Positions 55,440-64,000 of a DNA stretch of 64,000 nucleotides are shown here, one piece after another. The stretch is from Octopus vulgaris (Eukaryota), in NCBI GenBank assembly GCA_951406725.2, contig OX597815.1:141360001-141424000 (forward strand). Reading direction: 5' to 3'. A program made the translations under genes and the position numbers. The notes beneath the pieces were generated by a model. The model saw only the letters and a program-made list of their open reading frames with translations. It had not been told where the DNA came from and did no database searches. How positions within the stretch are numbered: the stretch's first letter is position 1; each line of letters opens with the position of its first letter.

Positions 55440-55890
55440 GATGCCATATATGTTCCAGTAAGACTCTGCTCTATCACACATTGTTTTAGTGACACGGGAA
55501 TGGATGGCTGAAAATTTTCATGATCCCATAACCCCTAACGTTTGGCCTTCTAATTCCCCAAATTTCAATCCAATAGACTATTACATGTGGAGGGTTGTTG
55601 AAAGTGATGTCAATGAACACGCCCATAACAACAAACATTCTTTCAAAACTGCCGTAAACAGATTAATGTCCAAAATGAACCAGGGCCACTTGATTCGAGC
55701 ATGTAGATAATTTAGATCTCATATAGAAGCAGTAGCTGATGGTGAAGGTGACTTTATTGAATAACATTATAGAAAAGGTTTACTTCTATCTTCATAGCCG
55801 TTTTTGATTTAAAAAAATGTTATTACCTGTTAATATATTCTTTTTTTTTATATAAACATAAATCTGTTCTCAAATATCTTACGCACGCTC
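55440..55890 (+). mobile_element. maT/mariner-like transposon 3' remnant
   Basis: WMAENFHDPITPNVWPSNSPNFNPIDYYMW..LIRACR*FRSHIEAVADGEGDFIE*, matching the WPxxSPDxNPxDY motif and a typical C-terminus. Confidence 0.88.
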
Positions 55891-55894
55891 ACAT

Positions 55895-55936
<42 letters not shown>

Positions 55937-56189
55937 ACACACACACACATACACACACACGCGAATATAAATTTATGTAGCCGTGTCTAAATTAGTTCCT
56001 GGCCATAACGGAATAGGAAATTTATTGTCACTGCTTTAACTCTTCCAAATCTTAGCGAACGCTGGACGTTTGTCTATATCCAATTTTGAGCTTGGTGTCC
56101 TCGTTGATGAGGAATGTATTGCTATTCCTTTCTATCCTTTTAATATAGCATGTCATCTCATGTTGGGTTTTGTTTTATTTCCCTTTAAC

Positions 56190-56338
56190 TTTAACGTTTT
56201 TCAGTCATTGGATTGCAGCCATGCTAGGGCAGTCTTGAAGGGTTTAGTCGAAGTAATCAACATTAGAACTTATTCTACCTGTGCTTTTTTGCCGAATCCC
56301 AAGTGTGGTGGAGTACAAACATCTACACAACGACACAC

Positions 56339-56391
<53 letters not shown>

Positions 56392-56570
56392 CACAAACAC
56401 ACATACACACACACAAACACACACGCACACACATATATGCATATAAGACATGAACCAGATCAACTCAACGCTTTTGTTAGCCCAAGGTTAAAGTCAAGTG
56501 TCTCACCCGGTGGGACCAAAACTGGAACTATGTGGTAAGGAAACAAACATCTAATCACACAGCAATGCTC
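56190..56570 (-). mobile_element. SINE family A, diverged copy with expanded (CA)n
   Basis: ttcagtcattggattgcagccatgctagggca..tttgccgaa..gtgggaccaaaactggaactatgtggt..cacacagc aligns with 49856-50235. Confidence 0.65.
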
Positions 56571-57399
56571 AATTTATACCGATTGGTTCACGATCTATGA
56601 ATCAGTATTCAGTATCTTCAAGTGTGAGTGACAATAGTGTATGACGACGGAGCTCTAACAGTGGTATACGCTATACAGAAATTTGTCAGTAACTGGTGTT
56701 ATTTGATGGTTTCGTTTGCTTTACAATCTAAAATAGAAACTTCGCGAATTTATGGCATACGCAATTAACTTTAAAGCAATTAACTTTAAAGTCAAACGAA
56801 CAGCTATATATGCTATTGCCCCAAATCGTTGCTTTGATATCAATATATGTTCTCAGATTCCAACAGTTTCTAGACAAGTAAAATTCGATTATACCCATTT
56901 CGTTACGATGGAATTTGTTCAACATTATTTCATTTTAGACAGGACGAAAGTTAGTTACTGTTAATCCTTACTATGCAAATGGAAAAGAGAAATGTAAATT
57001 CAAGCCGTTGACATGAGCCCAATCTTGCAACAAACTGCGTTCAGCAAACTTAACAGGCATTCACAGACCAGGTACAGGTGATAAACTGTGAGACAGTTTT
57101 TCATTACCACTGAAGAAGGTCATGGCAGGATGTAAATTCAGAACATAAACGTCCAGAACACAAAGATCGAATGATCTTACAGTTCTGCCCACACAGCTTC
57201 TTTGATATGAACGTTTTAGTCACCATGAAATGACAATGAGTATTGTTAAAATCGGGCGAAATTGAACGTAAAATTTAGAGCTTCAATCGAATTCTGTAGT
57301 AACTCTGAAAATGTGACACCAAAAATATTTGTCTCTTTTACGTGTTTCTGATTTATTTCTTATTAGTTTCCAAGTATCTGTAACTCGGTTTCTTTATTA

Positions 57400-58750
57400 A
57401 ACATCATAAATGAGGACATTTTGTAATATTCCTCTCTTCAAATTAGCCCAACATATTTTATGAACTCGAAATATTAGTTTCTACAGTAAATTCGAACTTA
57501 TCTGTAATATTATTTCTTCTGTTTCTTCAGCTTCTACAAAAGATGGTGCCTTCTTGTAGCATTTGATATGGAGATAGAAAATTGATTAATGTTGCTATGC
57601 CCAAATAGAAAGAAAGCACAGTGAATGGCAACTATCTTGAAGCATTTCTGTTATAGGACGGTGACGAGTTTTTATAATTGCATCTGCCCTTTATCTACAG
57701 AAGGAATATTATCCTTTGCTATTGAATAGCTTGATGCACGTGCTTATTATTGCGTTACGTTATTCGTGACTAAAATTTACAAAGTGGGTGTTATAGTAAA
57801 ACTGTCGAAAGATTACTTGAAATCAGTCTATATCATGGACAGATTTTCTATCTCATATATCCGTCTTCATTTATAGACTTCTTGACCAGTAATAGAGTTT
57901 TACTCCTTGCCCCTGTGCAGTCTAGCTTTCCGGGCCTTTTGAAGTGAATTACTATACTTTCTCCGTGGAGAATATATTACCTGCAATGTTATTGCAGTTA
58001 TTAATGTGTTAACCGTAAGTAAGCAGTTACTGGGCCTGTAATTCTGAGTATCAAGAAGGTTGATCACTTGAATATGAGATATACGTGTATTGCTTCTGTT
58101 CCATTCAAACATATTTAAGTATGTTTGAAAGTGTATTGATTCCGTTAAAATATTTCAACCACTCTTTGCTAGATTTGTAGATAGGGATCTACAAGATTAT
58201 ACAGATACCAAACTTATTTCACCAGTCTTATAGATATCTATCGCTTTAAATGTCCTATCTTCATCTCCAAATTTATTTACTTCTCTTAAACCACTGATTT
58301 CTGTTTTGATGTTTCGGTTAGAATCGAAATCATTGTTTTGTTCAAACAATCGTTGTCCATTGCCAGAATCTATATTTCGGTAATATTTCATAACAAGTAT
58401 TTCTGACGATATATTTCTCTAATATTTATCTCTTTGATTCCACTTGATTTTCCCCTCTAGATTTCATTAACGATTGAGAGTATATTTTATTTCATCTCTT
58501 TTTCTGTAATTTGTTTTCCACACTTTTCGCATTGGTTTAGATATTTTAATATTAGATTACACGCATTCCTTTGTGACTTCACTCTCTATTATATAGATTG
58601 TTTTGTTTAACCTGGCAATATCAATGTTTCCCATAGTTTTCTATATGTCTAGAATGGTTGCATTTGTTGTTCTTTATGGTTTTCGAAAGATGTCTCTTCT
58701 CTACTCCAAAGGCTGAATTTGATAGAGTAATTAGTTTCACTAATAGCTTT
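57400..58750 (-). pseudogene. Non-LTR retrotransposon RT remnant (R4/Dong-like)
   Basis: Minus-strand QNYRPSNCLLTVNTLITAI (equivalent to NYRPITCL..YK.LT.I), NLSMI*TDFK*SFDS (equivalent to NL.MAWIDYKKAFDS) and MLQDSCHSLCF (equivalent to FQGDSLSPL.F), in order. Confidence 0.65.
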
Positions 58751-58939
58751 TCTCTTTATCCAGAATATTTATTACCATAATTGTTAATTGTTAAATTTTT
58801 ATATCACCAAAGCAATATTAGTGACATTTAAAGCAAGTTCAAGATTGAGAGCTGCACACAGCGTGGGTTATAAAACCTCATATCTATACGATAAGCGTCA
58901 GTGTATACTACGATCTTAATATCCAGCCACCTGTAACCT

Positions 58940-59470
58940 TATATGACCGAACGTCAGTAACATTCAGCGCTGTGTTTGAGCTCCTCTTCTATGTCTATAC
59001 CCTGTTTTTAGTGGATATCTACATATTTGAAGTACTTTATAGTTTCAATCATCTGTCCGTATTCTTGTACATGTTGGGCATGTTTCTATTCACTGAGTCC
59101 TGTTCATTCAAGACCATTCTAGTGTGATGCGATCACCAAAGCATAAAATTGTACCACACACGTATCCATGAGAAATATGGTACTAAAGACGCCACGTTCT
59201 CTTCAAATTTAGATAACAACCAGACCTCCAGCCGAAACAGATTTATGACCTCCATTCCAAAGTTTGATTCTTCTCTTCAAGATTAGGAATATCTTCAGCT
59301 CTTTCCCACACCAAACAACTACATCTATCAGAACGATACAAAGCTCAAGTGGGCCTCACAGTAGCGTATAGGTCCCACGGCAGCGACAATGCTGGAGTAG
59401 CATAGAAATATCATAAACTGTATCCAGAAAAGGAGCATCTGATGGCTGGGTAAAACATTACTCACATACT
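58940..59470 (+). pseudogene. CR1/Jockey-like LINE C-terminal remnant
   Basis: Fragments YKAQVGLTVAYRSH (equivalent to YKAQVRP..EYCSH) and CIQKRSI*WLG (equivalent to IQ.RA..LI). Confidence 0.4.
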
Positions 59471-61694
59471 TGCTGCTCTATTTGTTTTTGTTTTTTTGCT
59501 TTGTTTAAGTTTCTTGCGGTGATATAATAGAATCTCAACCTGGCTGGTAAAAATCGCAATGAATCCCTAGAAGTTCCGTCAAGTGTAAATAATGTAGATA
59601 ATGTGCATAATTCGTCATTTCTCAAATATAGAACTGTATTATAAAATCCCTAGAAATTTGTCATTTCAACAAGATTCTGTCCAAAATTTTCCAAATATAC
59701 GACAGAAGCCATACATTTGTATTTGCCTTAATTAATTTTCACTCATTCTTGTCTTTTTTCATTTCTGAGATAAGCTATTAAAATCTAACTGATCCCGATT
59801 AAAAGATTCTGTGCATGGAAATATTTTGATGCTGTATAATTCCTTACTTCGTACATCTCAGACAAAATCTTGTCAAGCAGAGATGCCATATCATATTTTT
59901 GAGAATCCGTTTCGATTATGTAATATCTAGTGGCATTCTGTTTGTTCATCATAGACAATATGTTATATTTCGTGAGACATTGTGTTTGCTGCTCTCTGAT
60001 ATCGACACGACTTCTTCGAAAGCTTTATTCATAGTTACAAAGAGCGGTGTACCCATTCACAAGTTTGACACAATTTTATAACAGATGGGTATCCGATCTA
60101 TTTGAAGAAGACTATAAAAGTTTACTTCGTTGAAAGAAATGTTTTATATATATATATATATCATGAATCTCAGTTAAATAAGGCATATCAAGGTCCTTTG
60201 CCCTATCATTAATTTATTTTCTTCGTACATGTTTTTCTTTCTTCCGGAGTTCAATATAACTTGCCTTGCATTCTTTGATTTGGCACACATTATTCCCGAT
60301 ATTTGGTCTGTACGATATCGCGTTCTCGTTCCGTCGATCTGCAATTTCAATTGGGTGTGTTTCCCGACTGATCATTCCTGGTGAACGCTATTAAGCCCAT
60401 ACACTTCAGAAAAGAAAGGGAGATGTCTGTCTTTAGTTGACATCGTGACTTTTCTCTCATTGCAAACTGGAACGAGGATATGGACAACAGTTATATTAGT
60501 TAAGCTATAATGTATCTTTCTTTCTGAATTTGATGGAGTTGCGGCAATAAAATTTTCTCGGAATCCTTTCTATTAACTATATTTGTAAAGAGGTTAATTG
60601 CTGCGTTAGGTGATTGTGCGTTGGTATTTCCTGCATCATCTCTAACGGTCATCGTGAATATACTATTTGGTCCAACATAAAATCCATACCATAAACCTTT
60701 ATGTTGGTTATCCATTTTTTTCATGAGTGTCACAATGATTTTCACTCAACTGCATCACATTGGTGTTTCAGTCTTCTGAAGAATTTATTTTTCTATATAT
60801 ATACACATCAATTTGTCTTCGTTGTGTTAGGGGATTTTGCTGTTCTTTTTTTCTACCACTGTGGAATGAACGGCAATTTAAACACAGCTAAATGTGTAAG
60901 GAAAGTAATTATAACTAAGTGCTTTTGAATATCATTTGATAGCTGGTGTCTATGGATGAATATCTCTTTATATGTTTTGATAAATATTATCGGAAGAATA
61001 CTCGAAGTTTTCCAAAATGATACATTCAAATGAAACTTCGTTTCCATGAATAATAAGGAAAAAATCAATAACCTTGTATGCGTATATTTTAAAATACCTG
61101 TAACTATGACGGATGTGTTGGATTTACATTCAACCATTTTTAAACCTCGATGAAGTGAATGGTCTCTTTAATCCTCGCATAATTATCTCCATCTGTTCAA
61201 AGTCTATATATGTTTCGGGAATATTTTTGGTGACGTGTTTGCGTTTGTGTTTGCTTGTGAAAGTACAGGAGCAGAGGGAGTGTATATAACTTTTTACAAT
61301 ATACGTGTAACTGTTGTATATTTTTGTACGCAGCGTTCCAATTTGTAGAGCAATGTAATACTATAAAACTTGCCGAAAGAAAGCTAGTCAACAAAGCTCT
61401 CACAAAATAATATTGGAAGCATATATTAAAGTTAGATTCTCCTCTAAGTAACACCGGGGTTGAAATTACCTTCCACCTATTCACAATAGATGAAAACTTG
61501 GGAAAATCGTTGCCTTCAATAACAAACGACTTCAATCAGGCCCGGCTCAAATTTCCTGTTTGGTGGCTGAATTATAAATCATTACACTTGTGTTAGTCTC
61601 ATTATTGATTTTATGTTTCTTCTTCCTCTTCTTCTTCATCATCATCAATTTGATCATCATCATCGTCGTCATCGTCATCCTTACCACCATCATC

Positions 61695-62166
61695 ATGTTC
61701 CGAGTTCAGTCCACTCCGTGGAATCCTTGAGCAAGTGTCTTCTACTATAGCATCGGGCCGACCAAAGCCTTGTGGATGGGTTTGGTTGACGGAAACTGAA
61801 AGAAGCCCATCGTATATATGTATATGTATATATATGTAATATGTATATATATGTAAGTATGTATGTATGTACGTATGCATGTATGTGTGTGTATGTATTT
61901 GTGTGTCTGTGTTTCTCCCCCCAGCATAGCTTGACAACCAATGCTGGTGTGTTTACGTCCTCGTAACTTAGCTGTTCAGCAAAAGAGACCGATAGAATAA
62001 GTACTAGACTTACAAAGAATAAGTCATGAGATCGTTGCTCGACTTGAGATAGATTTGCTCGGACTAAACTTCAATGGCGGGTGCTCCATCATGGCCACAT
62101 AGATAGCAACAAAAAACCAAACTTCAATTTTCCCCTCCATTAGGGACGATCAACCAAATGACTGAA
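61695..62166 (+). mobile_element. SINE family A, 5'-truncated with small insertions in the tail
   Basis: Extensive match to 21305-21650. Confidence 0.88.
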
Positions 62167-62262
62167 CTTCATAAGTCATCGTCATCATCAAAACCTTGTC
62201 ACTAAGTCTTTAAGTATAACGCCTAGCAAAGAGTTCACTCCCACCCCTAGAACTACCTGAAC

Positions 62263-62266
<4 letters not shown>

Positions 62267-62316
<50 letters not shown>

Positions 62317-62319
62317 CAT

Positions 62320-62374
<55 letters not shown>

Positions 62375-63007
62375 TATGTATATATATCTGTGTATGTGTG
62401 TATGCTTATATGTGAGTTTTTGTGCGTGTGTATGGTATTATGGTATTATTTGCAAGTTATTTTACAAATGCAAAAATATAATCTATTATTATGCTTCTAC
62501 TCCATTGTTAAGCAAGATTTATAATTTATCATTCTGGTTACATGCTCAGTGTTACTTTGTAACACATACCAATTCCATTGCTCGGTTTCAGTCATTAAAC
62601 AGCATAAATTAACTGAATGTTTTGCTGTCCTATCACAAATATTTATAATTAGAAAAATTTTGTCAAATATGGAACACATAACATCTACCACGCCACTATA
62701 AATTGCTTTATTATCTTTAATAAGTAAATGTGCGTAAATGTGTCTATGATTATATACATACATACATACAAATATACAAACATATATACATATCTATATA
62801 TATATATATATATCACGATATAAGTATATATAGGTGAATATATGTATATATGTATATATGTATGTATACATATATATAAATACATATGTATATATGTGTA
62901 TATATACATATACATATAAGCTACATATGTATATATATATATATGTATATGTATAAGTATATATACATATATATACACGTATATAGAGGTACATATATGT
63001 ATGTATG

Positions 63008-63058
<51 letters not shown>

Positions 63059-63130
63059 GTGTGTGTGTCTGTGTGTGTGTATATATACAAATATTTACAT
63101 ATTTATACACTTATACATGTATGTCTATTT
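62267..63130. repeat. Two compound TA/TG/CA microsatellite fields (62267-62430, 62750-63130)
   Basis: Direct reading. Confidence 0.9.
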
Positions 63131-64000
63131 ATAATTGCATACATATTATTAGATTGTATGGAGGTGAAAGCATCGAATTTCTGATATACATTTTCGTATA
63201 TTCAATAGCGTAAAAATAAAACACATGCATTCAAATAACGGGAGTAAATAGACGATGGTTGGCGGGAAAAGAACAGTGGCTAAGAGAAGGAAATGATCCA
63301 GCATAGTAAGGTGAGCCAGGAATAGTCTACACAAGCAATAACATGTCGTCCTACCTCCACCAACACTGGCATGATAATTACATTGTTGATAAATGGAGAA
63401 ACATTCCACAGAATTCACCAAATCAATACTTTCCCGTTGCTTGGCAACATGGAGCTATTATTAATGAGAGGATACAGATCGATGCCGCTGGCTGGGTAAA
63501 AGCAACAAGAGAAGGAAGAGGAAGAAAGTGCGAATGAGAAAGATAGGAGAGAATACTGTAAACGAAAAATAGCTGAACTATGTAAAAACGTAAAGAATAT
63601 AGTCGATAGTTGCAGCTGATATATATCTGCAGTTCTGTGTTTAAGAATTAGCGACTGAATAATAATGTTCAATGAGTATTGAAACTGGCCATGCGACAAA
63701 TAAAGCCTTCGGTCGTTTATATGTCAGCAGGTCTTCCTATTAAGTTCCACATTCTATCAGGTAACTATCCCTGTTTTTCAACACATTGACATTGGTCAAA
63801 CCAATCAAAGGAAATCAATCATTGGAAATGATAAATGTTAGAATGAATATCGAGAACAATTTCAATATGATTCTATTGTAAATGAGTAATACTTATTTTG
63901 TGTTCGTTCCACTAACATTCAGTGAACACGCCTGGCTAGATTGATGAGTCACGAAGGATATGTTTGCCGTCAGACTGGCGTTCTTTTACCATCCGTTGAT

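Noticed and set aside
59880-61535. Possible MULE-like transposase remnant on the minus strand
   Set aside because: Only faint resemblance (e.g. PLDYI) with no clear catalytic motif; BLASTX would be needed.
63200-64000. Possible CR1-like LINE remnant on the minus strand
   Set aside because: Motifs too decayed to support by eye.

Overview
AT-rich, microsatellite-dense eukaryotic DNA with no supportable intact host gene, so probably intronic or intergenic. The tRNA-derived SINE families look like those of octopus (cephalopod) genomes; this is recognition from memory, not a search. Almost all supplied ORFs are (TA)n/(CA)n translation artefacts. The real content is decayed mobile DNA: a Tc3-like and two maT/mariner-like transposase remnants, a Tc1/mariner MITE, Helitron pieces, a Ty3/gypsy element, three Penelope-like element (PLE) remnants, R4-like and CR1-like LINE remnants, and about 16 SINE copies. 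The most interesting signal is invisible to the ORF track: several unrelated short non-coding repeat families carry type I hammerhead ribozyme (HHR) motifs. One motif has a fully canonical core (27553-27623), and an inverted pair (19856-19918, 21737-21795) shows a compensatory base-pair change. Several sit in fold-back arrangements. This suggests a multi-family population of PLE terminal repeats or retrozyme-like elements. Several long hairpins are candidate dsRNA or A-to-I editing substrates. All calls were made by eye, and the boundaries of decayed elements are approximate.
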